64,000 nt of DNA, taken from an uncultured delta proteobacterium (GTDB lineage Bacteria > Myxococcota_A > UBA9160 > UBA4427). Positions within the stretch are counted from its first letter, which is position 1. Each line of letters begins with the position of its first letter. The stretch is from positions 352,001 to 416,000 of the forward strand of contig CAWGJT010000006.1 of NCBI GenBank assembly GCA_963822965.1, given 5' to 3'. The position numbers and the translations under genes are program-made. A model generated the notes under the pieces. The model was not told the origin of the DNA, searched no databases, and saw only the letters and a program-made list of their open reading frames with translations. Positions 30,044 through 39,846 of this stretch are shown here, piece by piece.

Positions 30044-30747
30044 GCGAGACCAAGCGACCCGCGATCCAGGCCCACTGGGACGCCACCAAGACCACCGGCA
30101 GCGACATGTGGGAGCAGAAGCGACGCCTGGCCGCCGCGATGCGCCTCGTCATCGAGCGTCTCGTGCCGAGCAACGCCCCGGTGGACGAGCTCCGCCGGGC
30201 CGCCGAGGGGCTGGAGCGCTACGCCGAGGCCCTGCAGGCGCATCCGCGGCTGGTCCGCGTCCACGGCCACGCCGAATCCGCCACCGCCGGAGACGTCGGT
30301 GCGTTCTTCGACCAGAGCCCGCTCATCGGTCTCGCGAATCCCCTGGCGCCTCCGCTCACCATCGGCAGGACGGGCGAGAAGACCGCGGCCGCCTCCGTCG
30401 TCTTCGGCTCCGCCTACGAGGGACCGCCCGGCTCGGTACACGGCGGGTTCGTCGCTGCGGCCTTCGACGAGGTGCTGGGCTACGTGCAGTCCCTGTCCGG
30501 CGCGCCGGGCATGACGGGAACCCTGACGGTGCGTTACCGGAAGCCCACCCCGCTGCACCGGGAGCTGCTCTTCGAAGCCGAGCTCGTGCGCGTCGAGGGA
30601 CGCAAGATCTTCACCGCCGCCACCGTCCGGGCGGACGGCGAGCCGACCGCCGAGGCCGAGGCGATCTTCGTCTCGGTGCGCCCCGGGCGCATGGAGGAGC
30701 TGATGGCGCGGCGCGACGCCTGGGAGGCCGAGCAGGACCCCCGTTGA
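30040..30747 (+). CDS. PaaI family thioesterase
   Basis: YEGPPGSVHGGFVAAAFDEVLG hotdog motif; ATGA overlap. Confidence 0.9.
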   Translation: MSETKRPAIQAHWDATKTTGSDMWEQKRRLAAAMRLVIERLVPSNAPVDELRRAAEGLERYAEALQAHPRLVRVHGHAESATAGDVGAFFDQSPLIGLANPLAPPLTIGRTGEKTAAASVVFGSAYEGPPGSVHGGFVAAAFDEVLGYVQSLSGAPGMTGTLTVRYRKPTPLHRELLFEAELVRVEGRKIFTAATVRADGEPTAEAEAIFVSVRPGRMEELMARRDAWEAEQDPR

Positions 30748-30763
30748 GCGGCCGGCAGGCGCG

Positions 30764-31486
30764 TCAGCCGATGATGACGTCCGGCGGTGCGGACAGCAGG
30801 TAGCGGAGCGCAGGCCGGTCCAGGAAGCGTTCCTCGTCGGCGGGAATCCGCTCCCGATAGCGGGGCTCGCGGGTCATCGCCTGGAAGTCGGCGAGCGACG
30901 CGTACCACTGCTCCGCGAGACCGTCGAACCCGCCACCGGACTCCCGGGCGTAGTCCCCCTCGAGCCGATGGCTCTGGTGGTAGGCAATCACGTGGCGTGC
31001 GATTTCCGGCTCGCCCGCGAAGAGCGCCGCGTGGGGCCCTCGCCAGTGCGCATGGAAGTCGGCGGGCGAGAGGTCGGCGCGGCGCTTCAGCAGACACAGC
31101 AGCTTCACCTTGGCGTCCTGCCTCTGCGCGCCGCCGTCGATCACGACCTCGTCGTCCTCGCTGAAGATGAGCGTGATGCTGCGGCGGTCGATGAAGCGCG
31201 CCTCGTCCGGTGCGATGCGCTCCGCGTACATCGGATCGCGGACGAAGCCGAGGAAGCTCTCCATGGATTCGAGCCACTGCACGGTGGCACCGTCGAAGCC
31301 GGGCTCGCCCTCCGGGTCGCGCGCGTAGTCCTCCGGCAGCCGGTGGTTCTGCTCGTAGCGCACGATGAATCGCGCCAGCTCCGGCGTGTTCGCGATCAGC
31401 GGACCGTGGCTGTTCAGCCAGTGGTCGTGGAACGCCTCCGCGCTCATGCCGGGCTTGCGGCGGAAGAAGCAGACGAGCTTGATCAT
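30764..31486 (-). CDS. EthD-domain protein (two tandem domains)
   Basis: Repeated KL..(F/L).(K/R)R...S...F..HW...H and FDG...QW...DE.RF.DR. Confidence 0.85.
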   Translation of the reverse strand: MIKLVCFFRRKPGMSAEAFHDHWLNSHGPLIANTPELARFIVRYEQNHRLPEDYARDPEGEPGFDGATVQWLESMESFLGFVRDPMYAERIAPDEARFIDRRSITLIFSEDDEVVIDGGAQRQDAKVKLLCLLKRRADLSPADFHAHWRGPHAALFAGEPEIARHVIAYHQSHRLEGDYARESGGGFDGLAEQWYASLADFQAMTREPRYRERIPADEERFLDRPALRYLLSAPPDVIIG

Positions 31487-31523
31487 TCCATCTCCTGGAG
31501 CGGGGTTCGATTCCGAAGCGGAG

Positions 31524-34185
31524 TCACGACCCCAGCGCGCGGGTCACGATCTCGTACACGTCGTTCGAGAGCGGCTTGCAGGCCGCAATCCGCTCGAGCT
31601 CGGCCTTCATCCGCTGCTGGCGCGCCGGATCGAAGCGGCGCCAGTCGTTCAGGCTCGAGGCCATTCGGGCCGCGAGCTGGGGGTTGCCGTCGAGGGCGAT
31701 CACCATGTCGGCCAGGAAGCGGTAGCCCGCCCCGTCCGCGCGGTGGAAGCGTACCTGGTTGGCCCCGCAGAACACGCCGACCAGGGAGCGCACCCGGTTC
31801 GGATTGCCCAGCCGGAAGTCCGGGTGTTGCGAGAGGGCGACCACGCGCTCGGCCGTGTCCTCGCGCTTCGACAGGGCCTGCACGCTGAACCACTTGTCGA
31901 GCACGAGCGGGTCGTGGCGCCAGCGTTCGTAGAACCGGGCGAGCGCAGCCTCGCGCTCGGGCACCTCCGCGTCGGCGAGCAGCGCGAGCGCCGCCTGGCA
32001 CTCCGTCATGTTGTCGGCGGTCTCGAACTGGCGAACGATCTTCGCCGTCACCGCCGGATCGTCGAGTGCGGCGAGATAGCCGAGGACGGCGTTGCGCAGC
32101 CTTCGCCGGTCGATGGAGCGCCGATCGCCGCCATGAGGCTCGGCACTCCCGCTCGCCTCGTATGCGGCCTCGAGCGCGTCGCGGTGGGCCACCGCGAGCG
32201 CGCGACGCAGCCCCTCGCGGGCGGCGTGCAGCGAGTCCACGGGGATCACGTCCAGGTCCTGACCGAGCACCTTCTCGCCGGGGAGCCCGAGCGCCAGCGC
32301 CTTCAGCGAGCCGTCCAGCGAGGGGTCCGCGAGGATGCGTCCGAAGGCCGCAGAGAAGTCCGGGTCGAGACGGGGCTCGCGGCCCACGGCGACCTGGCGC
32401 GTGGCCTCGAGGAGCAGGTCCTTCGCCAGCTCCTGGCCCGCTTCCCAGCGATTGAAGGCGTCCGAGTCGTGGGCCATGCGGAAGGCGAGATCCTTGCGGG
32501 ACGTCTCGCACACGAGCTTCACCGGCGCGGAGAAGCCCCGCAGCAGCGAAGGCACCGGCGCCTCGGGGACGTCCACGAAGGTGAAGAGCCGGTCCTCTTC
32601 GACGAGCTCGAGGACCCGCTCCGGGCGGGCGCGGTGGTGCTCCTCGCCGACCAGGCGCAGGGGCAGATCCTTCCCGTCCGCGCCGAGCAGACCCACCCGC
32701 ACCGGAACGTGCAGCGGCTCCCACGCGGGCGCGTCGTCCCGGCCGGCGTAGCGCTCCGGGCGCGATTGGCGCAGGCGGAGCCCGTAGGTCTGCGTCGCAG
32801 CGTCGTAGCTCCCGCTGGCGTGGAGCACCGGGGTGCCCGCCTGGCGGTACCAGCCCTCGAAGAGCTCCAGGTCGAAGTCGTTCGCGTCGGCCATCGCGCC
32901 GCGGAAGTCGTCGCAGGTGACGGCCTGGCCGTCGTAGCGCTCGAAGTAGAGGTCCATCCCGCGGCGGAAGCCGTCCCGACCCAGCAGGGTCTCGATCATG
33001 CGGATGACCTCGGCGCCCTTCTCGTACACCGTGGCCGTATAGAAGTTGTCCATGGAGATGTAGGACTCGGGCCGGATCGGATGCGCCATCGGGCCGGCGT
33101 CCTCGGAGAACTGCGAGATGCGCAGCCGCTTCACGTCCCCGATCCGCTTGACCGCCCGGGAGCTCATGTCGGCCGAGAACTCCTGGTCGCGGTAGACCGT
33201 CAGGCCCTCCTTGAGGGTGAGCTGGAACCAGTCGCGGCAGGTCACGCGATTGCCGGTCCAGTTGTGGAAGTACTCGTGGGCGATCACCCCCTCGATGGCC
33301 TCGTACTCGTCGTCGGTGGCGGTCTCGGGCTTCGCCAGCACGTACTTGGAGTTGAAGATGTTCAGCCCCTTGTTCTCCATCGCCCCCATGTTGAAGTCGT
33401 TGACCGCCACGATCATGTAGACGTCGAGGTCGTACTCGAGCCCGAAGCGCTGCTCGTCCCAGGCCATGGCCTTCTGCAGCGACTGCAGGGCGTGCTCGCA
33501 GCGATCGACGTTCTCGGGCTCGACCCAGATCTCGAGCCGCACGTCGCGCCCGGACGCAGTGGTGAAGCGACCGCCGTGACAGCGGAGGTCTCCGGCGACG
33601 AGCGCGAAGAGGTAGCAGGGCTTGCGGTGCGGGTCTTCCCAGCGCACGCGATGGCGGCCGTCGCCGAGATCCGATCTGCTCCACGCGGTTGCCGTTGGAG
33701 AGCAGGACGGGATAGCGCTCGCGGTCGGCGTCGATGGTGGTCGTGAACAGCGCCATCACGTCGGGCCGATCGACGAAGTAGGTGATGCGCCGGAAGCCCA
33801 TCGCCTCGCACTGGGTGCAGAAGAGACCGCCGCTGCGGTACAGCCCGGACAGCGCGCGGTTGTCCTGGGGCCGGATGCGAACCCGGGTCTCGAGCTGGAA
33901 GCGCCGGGGTACCCGGCGCACGGTGAGCCCGTGCTCGTCCACGTCGTAGGCCGACGCGGGCAGCTCCCGGCCGTCGAGGCGGACCCATTCGAGCCGCAGC
34001 CCCTCGCCGTCGAGGACCAGCGGCGGTCGGTCTCCGGCCAGGGCGTCGTTGATCCGCACCTCGAGCCGGGCGGTGACGAAGGTGTCCTCTTCCCCCAGCT
34101 CGAAGTGGAGGTCGACCGCATCGATCCAGTAGTCGGGCTGGCGATAGTCCTTGCGGTAGACGGGCTGCGGCTTCTCGTCGCGCAT
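31524..34185 (-). CDS. pepN: Aminopeptidase N; apparent 1-nt insertion near 33671
   Basis: YRKDY, TQCEAMGFRRITY, LSNGN in the first frame; GAMENKGLN, HEYFHNWTGNR, LKEGLT, NPNRVRSL in the second. Confidence 0.93.
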
Positions 34186-34288
34186 TCGGGTGGCGGTCTC
34201 CTGGAACGTCGGGCGTCCGCTCGGCGGCCCCGGCGAGATGATAACCGCCCTGCCTCGGGGTGGCGGAGCGGGATATCCTGGCTCCGCG

Positions 34289-35110
34289 ATGGACGGCGCC
34301 CCGCACCCCGAACCCCTCCACGATCCCGGCGACTATCCCGCCGAGCTGTACGAGCTCGTCCATCGCGGCACGGCGGGAGACACCGCCTTCTACCGGCGCG
34401 TCTGCACCGGTGCGCAGCGGATCCTCGAGCTGGGCTGCGGCTACGGGCGCGTGCTCGAGGTGCTGGTGGACCTCGACACCCCCGGGCTCGAGCTGACGGG
34501 GATCGACCGGGATCCGGAGATGCTCGCGAGGGCGCGCGCCCGACTCGCGCGGCGAAGCGGTGCGGCGTCCCGCGTGCGTCTCGTCGCCGCGGACATGAGC
34601 CGCTTCGCGCTGGAACGGGCGGAAGCCGGGCCCACGCGCTTCGATCGCATCCTGATTCCACACAGCGGCCTCTACTGCCTGCCGGACCCGGCGGCGTGCG
34701 TGGCCTGCTTCCGCAGCTGCGCGCGCCACCTCGCCCCGGGCGGGAAGCTCGTCTTCGACGCCTACGGCGCGGATGCCTTCCACGCGACCGCCGATCCCGC
34801 CGACCACGTCGACGAGCGACTCGACCCGGTCGTCACCGTCGAGCACGAGGAGACCTGCTACGACGTCTTCGAGCGCAGTCGCTGGCACCGCTCCGCCCAG
34901 GCCCTCGACGTCACGTACGAGTACATCCCTCGCGGGGGCGGCACGTGCCGGATGGGACGGCTGCGCCACCACTATCTGCTGCAGCACCAGATCGAGCCGT
35001 TGCTGCGCGAAGCCGGCCTGCGCCTCGTCTCCCTCGACGGCGACTTCGAAGGCGGCCCCTGCACGCCCGAAGCCGACATGTGGGTGGCGACGGCGGTCTC
35101 CGCCGCATAG
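34289..35110 (+). CDS. Class I SAM-dependent methyltransferase
   Basis: ILELGCGYGR, GIDRDPEML, ADM, HLAPGG. Confidence 0.88.
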   Translation: MDGAPHPEPLHDPGDYPAELYELVHRGTAGDTAFYRRVCTGAQRILELGCGYGRVLEVLVDLDTPGLELTGIDRDPEMLARARARLARRSGAASRVRLVAADMSRFALERAEAGPTRFDRILIPHSGLYCLPDPAACVACFRSCARHLAPGGKLVFDAYGADAFHATADPADHVDERLDPVVTVEHEETCYDVFERSRWHRSAQALDVTYEYIPRGGGTCRMGRLRHHYLLQHQIEPLLREAGLRLVSLDGDFEGGPCTPEADMWVATAVSAA

Positions 35111-35278
35111 GAGTGTGCGCGACGACACACCCCGCACGGCGCCACGAGCCGATGTACGGTTGCCTCCCCTGCCCGGCTCGGGAATTGTGGGACGGAGAAA
35201 GGCCGCTTGACGAGTCGAGGGACCTACGGGAGGCTATGCGCCGCGTCAGACAGCCGACGCAGGACGCAGGGGGGTGAC

Positions 35279-35893
35279 ATGGAGAGACTCGAGCAAGCGT
35301 TCGTAGAACGATCGGTGCCGAGCGCCGAGGCGCGCCAGGCCGCCACCCGGACGCGCGCGCGCCGGATGGCCTGGGTGGCAGCCGTGGCACTGCTGTGTGC
35401 GGGGGCCGCGCAGGCCCAGGAGGCGACACCCGGCGGGCGCCGACAGGACGACTCGCGCTTCTCGGTGCGCGGTGCGATCGGCTTCACCGCCGACCCGGAC
35501 ACCTTCCTGATGACCCTCGAGGTGCCCTGGAAGGCGCACGATCTCGTCTCGGTGGGCCCCATGTTGCAGCTGGGCTTCTCCGACGACGACGTGCTCGTCG
35601 CGCCCACCCTGGAGGTGTATCTCACCCCGCAGCTCGCCGACGACCTCCGGGACTTCCACCCCTATGCCCACATGGGAATGGGCTTCATGTACCTGGAAAA
35701 GGATCACCGCCGCCCGGGCCGCGACGAAGAGGACGCCGACTTCCTCTTGACCACGGGCTTCGGCGCGGAGTACGCGGTGCAGGAGAACCTGTTCCTGGGA
35801 ACGGGCTTCCTGTTCGACATCGTGCCCGCCGGCGTGGCCGGCGAGCGCTTCGTCTTCGGCTGGCAGATCCTGACCCTGCGCGCGGCCTTCTGA
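35279..35893 (+). CDS. Putative small outer-membrane beta-barrel protein
   Basis: Signal-like WVAAVALLCAGAAQA, alternating amphipathic strands, PY.H.G.G, C-terminal Phe. Confidence 0.6.
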   Translation: MERLEQAFVERSVPSAEARQAATRTRARRMAWVAAVALLCAGAAQAQEATPGGRRQDDSRFSVRGAIGFTADPDTFLMTLEVPWKAHDLVSVGPMLQLGFSDDDVLVAPTLEVYLTPQLADDLRDFHPYAHMGMGFMYLEKDHRRPGRDEEDADFLLTTGFGAEYAVQENLFLGTGFLFDIVPAGVAGERFVFGWQILTLRAAF

Positions 35894-35926
35894 CCCTGCG
35901 CGCGGCCCCGCGTCCCGCCTCGCGCG

Positions 35927-36208
35927 TCAGAGCTCCTCGAGGATCACGATCTTCGGCGGCCCGGCCATGATGCCCGCGAAGCCCGCGCCCTTGCTCGCGA
36001 GATTCTTCGAGTGCAGCGCGAACGCCTCGTCGCTCTCGTACTTCTCGTAGGCGACGAAGGCCGTCGGATCGTCCTTCTGTTGGTGGAACACGTACGCGAG
36101 CGTGCCGGATTCGTTGGCGAGGGTATCCGCGGCGAGCTGCTTGAGGAACGCGCGCGCTTCCTCGATCTTGTCTTCCTTGACCTTCAGGGTGGCAACGACG
36201 CTGGGCAT
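35927..36208 (-). CDS. ABM-family (putative quinol) monooxygenase
   Basis: NESGTLAY, FVAYEKYESDEAFALH; AAGGAG RBS. Confidence 0.85.
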   Translation of the reverse strand: MPSVVATLKVKEDKIEEARAFLKQLAADTLANESGTLAYVFHQQKDDPTAFVAYEKYESDEAFALHSKNLASKGAGFAGIMAGPPKIVILEEL

Positions 36209-36354
36209 GCGGGGCTCCTTCTCGGGGGTTCGTGGGGGCTCGAGACTCGTGCGGCTCGGGCTCGCGTGACATCGCTCGGGCCGGGCAGCATAGACAGCCG
36301 CCCTCGGCGGTACCAGTCGCCGCGCGCGGAACGGAATTCGGCGCAGGACCCGAC

Positions 36355-37812
36355 TCAGGAGGCGGCCACGGCCCCCCCGGAGCCCGAATCGGCGTGGCTG
36401 CCCAGGTCGATGCCCTTCCAGCGCCCGCCGCGGAAGCGGTGGGAGAGCATGGCGACCTTCACCACGTAGTCCGCGATCAGCGCCGCGAAGATCCACTCCA
36501 CCGGAAGTCCGAGCCACGCGAAGAGAGCCGACAGCGCCACCCGGATGCCCACCAGCCCCGTGAACACGGCGTACAGCGGGAAGCGGGTATCGCCCGCGCC
36601 GCGCAGGGAGCCACCCAGGGTGAACTCCACCGCCATCAGGGGCTGGCAGCCGCCCAGGATGTAGATGAAGACGACGGTCAGACGCACCACCTCCGGATCG
36701 TCGATCATGAAGGAAGCCACCTGCTCCGCGGTCGCGATGACGATGGCGCCGAGCACGATCATCGAGGCCACCGCGAGGCGCATCGCGTGCCAGCCGCTCC
36801 GCTCCGCGCCGTCCGGGTCCCGCGCCCCGAGCTTCTGCCCGACGTGGGTGGAGGCCGCGATCGAGAACCCGAAGCCCACGACGAACGAGAGCGCCAGGAT
36901 CTGCACGCCGATCCCGTAGGCGGCGTAGGGGGCCGTCCCGTAGAGGGCCACCACCCACAGGAAGGCGATGAACCCGAGCTGCCATACGGCCTGCTCGATG
37001 CCCGCCGGATAGCCGATGCGGAGGATCTCGCGCAGGCGGTCCCGGGCCATGGCTCCGGCGGGGCCCACGCCGACGATCAGCGTGCCCCGCAGCCACATCA
37101 CGACGAAGATCACCGCGCCCAACGTGAAGGCGAGCCCGTTGGCAATGGCCGCCCCGGCCACGCCGAAGGAGGGGATCCCGAAGGCGCCGTAGATGAGCGC
37201 GTAGACGAGCACCACGTTCACCACGTTCGTCACGGCGCCGATCCACAGCGGCGTGAGGGTGTCGCCCGCCGCGCGACAGGCCGTGCCGAGCACGAACGAG
37301 ACCGCGAAGGTGACGTTGAAGACCGAGAGCCAGCGGATGAAGCTCGCCGCCTGGGACACGGCCAGGGCATCGAGCCGGAAGATGCCGGCGAGGGCGTCCG
37401 CGAAGAAGAGCCCGGGGATGGACATCACCAGGGAGACCCCGAGACACACCACCACCGAGGCGCGGGTGACCCGCTCGGCCTCGTCGCGATCCCCGGCCCC
37501 CCAGGCCCGGGCGACGAGAGCGGTGGTGCCGGCCGTCACCGCCATCAGCACGCCCTGCAGGACGAAGAACATCCGGTTTCCGGTGGTGACCGCCGCGACC
37601 GCCGAAGGTCCGAGGGAGCCCACGATCTTGATGTCCACGAGACCGACCGTGGAGTAGAGGAGGTTGCTCAGGATCGCCGGCCACGCGAGCTCGAGGATGC
37701 CACCGGCGGGCCGCGTGGTGCGGAGCGCTCCGTCCCCGGGCGGCATCGGCGCCCCGAGCGGCCGCTCGGGCGTTCCGGGAGGCACGGCGCTTTCGACGGC
37801 ATCCGTGGTCAT
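36355..37812 (-). CDS. MATE family efflux transporter
   Basis: LAWPAILSN, VDIKIVGSLG, RAAGDT..P, GAAIA, LRGAGDT. Confidence 0.92.
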   Translation of the reverse strand: MTTDAVESAVPPGTPERPLGAPMPPGDGALRTTRPAGGILELAWPAILSNLLYSTVGLVDIKIVGSLGPSAVAAVTTGNRMFFVLQGVLMAVTAGTTALVARAWGAGDRDEAERVTRASVVVCLGVSLVMSIPGLFFADALAGIFRLDALAVSQAASFIRWLSVFNVTFAVSFVLGTACRAAGDTLTPLWIGAVTNVVNVVLVYALIYGAFGIPSFGVAGAAIANGLAFTLGAVIFVVMWLRGTLIVGVGPAGAMARDRLREILRIGYPAGIEQAVWQLGFIAFLWVVALYGTAPYAAYGIGVQILALSFVVGFGFSIAASTHVGQKLGARDPDGAERSGWHAMRLAVASMIVLGAIVIATAEQVASFMIDDPEVVRLTVVFIYILGGCQPLMAVEFTLGGSLRGAGDTRFPLYAVFTGLVGIRVALSALFAWLGLPVEWIFAALIADYVVKVAMLSHRFRGGRWKGIDLGSHADSGSGGAVAAS

Positions 37813-38120
37813 CGGCTCCTCGAGGGCGCGCGCGGACTCCCCGGCCCGGCCCACCCGTCTCCGCGGCAGACCCGCGGAGGCGTGGAGGAGCCGGCAGCAC
37901 GGATCGACTCCTGCACGCAAGCGGACAGCCGAGATCGCCGCCACGACACGGATGCGGGGATGGACTCGGCAGGTTCCGAATGCAGGGGTGGGCGCGAGCG
38001 CGCCGAGTCTACACTGCGGCGCGCGGGATGTCCCGGCACGTGGCGGGGGATCCGCATCCCCTGCCGACGGCGGGCTGGCAGCAGACTCGCGGGCGAGTCG
38101 CCGCCGGCGACGGCTGTCTC

Positions 38121-38489
38121 TCAGAAGCTCGGCGTCGGATTGAGCACCGGAATCTGGAAGATCCACTCCTCGGGCGACGCGGCGCACGCTCCGTCCCGCA
38201 GGCGCAGGTGACAGACCAGGGGCGCGGGCTCCGACGGCGCGCTGAGGCTCACCCCGCCGTACTCGTTGCCCTGGCAGGCGATCCACGGGTACTTGATCTG
38301 CGTGAGCGCGGGACAGGAGCCCGCCGCGGTGGCCGGCACCGAGCCGGGGCTCAGATCCTCGAGGGCAGACGCCGAGCCGGCGGCCAGCAGCAGCCCGAGG
38401 GCGAGGAGCAACGAGCCAGCGAATCCGACGGCGGACGGGCGGAGCCTGGATCGGTCGATCGAGGGGCGGGGACGGGCGGTGGCGACCAT
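38121..38489 (-). CDS. Small secreted hypothetical protein with 4 Cys
   Basis: Signal LLLALGLLLAAGSASA; mature part CPALTQIKYPWIAC...C...C. Confidence 0.6.
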   Translation of the reverse strand: MVATARPRPSIDRSRLRPSAVGFAGSLLLALGLLLAAGSASALEDLSPGSVPATAAGSCPALTQIKYPWIACQGNEYGGVSLSAPSEPAPLVCHLRLRDGACAASPEEWIFQIPVLNPTPSF

Positions 38490-38669
38490 GGCAGCATTTC
38501 TCCGTTTCCACTGGATCCGGCGCTCGGATCCGCAATCCACGACAGCACGAGCGTGGGCCCCCCTCCCGCCCCCGTTGTAGATCACCATGAGGGGAAATGT
38601 CAACAGAAGGTTTCACCAGCAGGATCGGGAGGTTGGTGCCCGCCGATCCCGGCGCAGGAAGCCGCAGCT

Positions 38670-38832
38670 AGGAGCCTGACCCAAGACACCTCGCGCCGCC
38701 CTGACGCCCACGCATCGCCGCTGGCTGCGTTGCGCTGCGTCGCCGTAGGCTGCGCTACGGCCTCCTCACGCGCCTTGCCAGTGGCGCGCCTCGACGCCAG
38801 GGCTTTCCACGGGAGTCTTGGGTCAGGCTCCT
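38670..38832. mobile_element. MITE-like non-autonomous element, 163 bp
   Basis: Perfect 18-bp terminal inverted repeats AGGAGCCTGACCCAAGAC (38670-38687 and 38815-38832); internal hairpin GCCGTAG-GCTGCG-CTACGGC; no ORF. Confidence 0.75.
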
Positions 38833-38853
38833 GGGCAGCAGGCGCGCTGCGGC

Positions 38854-39741
38854 TCAGAGCAGCTCCCGGGCGAGCGAGAGGAATGCGGCGGCGGCTCGTC
38901 CGAGTGGCACCCCACGCGGGCGGACGACCCCCAGCTGCCGGGCCTCGCGGCGGGGGAAGATCGAAGCGCACGCCAGCGCACCGCTGGCCACCTCGGTGGC
39001 GACCGCGATGCGCGGAACCACGGAGATGCCGAACCCCAGCGCCACCAGCCGCTTGATCGCCTCGATGCTCGCGAGCTCCATGGCGACGCGCACGCCGCCC
39101 GGCCCTCCGGCGAGACGCGCGTCGATCCAGGCGCGCGTGCGCGAGCCGCGATCCAGCAGCAGCCACGGCTCGTCCCGCAGCTCGGCCACGCGGATGCGCT
39201 TGCGGCCGGCCAGGCGATGGGTCGGGGGCAGGATGGCGACGTCCTCGCGCACCATCAACGCCTCGGCGGCGAGCCGGTCGCTGGCGGCGGGCAGGGTCAC
39301 GAATCCCAGGTCGACGTCGCGCGCCAACACCTGCTGCTCGGTGATCGGCGACGGACGGTTCGAGATACGAAGCTCGACCCCCGGATATCGCGCGCGGAAC
39401 GCCCCCAGGACCGGGGGCAGCACGTAGCACGCGCTGGTGTCGCTCGTTCCGATCGCGAGCTCGCCCGCCTCGAGGGACTGCAGGGCCTGCAGCCGCTCCC
39501 GCGCGGCGTCGAGCACGGCGAAGGACCGTTCGGCGTGCTCGAGCAGCACCTCGCCGGCGGCGGTGAGCTTCACCCCGCGACCGAGCCGCACGAGGAGCGG
39601 CTCGCCGACGTCGTCTTCGAGAGCGCGGATCGCCTGGCTGACCGCCGGCTGGGTGCGGTGCAGCCGGGCCGCGGCCCGGGAGAAGCCGCCCGCCCGCGCC
39701 ACCGCCGCGAAGACCCGCAGCCGCTCGGAGTCCAGATCCAT
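38854..39741 (-). CDS. LysR family transcriptional regulator (divergent from purA)
   Basis: FSRAAARLHRTQPAVSQAIRALE HTH plus LysR substrate domain. Confidence 0.95.
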   Translation of the reverse strand: MDLDSERLRVFAAVARAGGFSRAAARLHRTQPAVSQAIRALEDDVGEPLLVRLGRGVKLTAAGEVLLEHAERSFAVLDAARERLQALQSLEAGELAIGTSDTSACYVLPPVLGAFRARYPGVELRISNRPSPITEQQVLARDVDLGFVTLPAASDRLAAEALMVREDVAILPPTHRLAGRKRIRVAELRDEPWLLLDRGSRTRAWIDARLAGGPGGVRVAMELASIEAIKRLVALGFGISVVPRIAVATEVASGALACASIFPRREARQLGVVRPRGVPLGRAAAAFLSLARELL

Positions 39742-39754
39742 AAGAAGATCCTAT
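39740..39754. promoter_or_regulatory. Putative LysR T-N11-A box overlapping the lysR start and -10
   Basis: ATA-N9-TAT (ATAAGAAGATCCTAT) in an AT-rich patch between lysR and purA. Confidence 0.55.
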
Positions 39755-39846
39755 CCAACTGGTAAGAAGTATCCATTGGAATTATCCGAGTCCCCCGGCC
39801 ATGCTCGTACCGGGCGCTGGGAGCCGTTGGCGCCGAGGAGGAAGCC

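Noticed and set aside
12753..34185. Programmed ribosomal frameshifting in aceE or pepN
   Set aside because: No slippery heptamer at either site, none known to me for these genes; single-base sequencing errors are simpler
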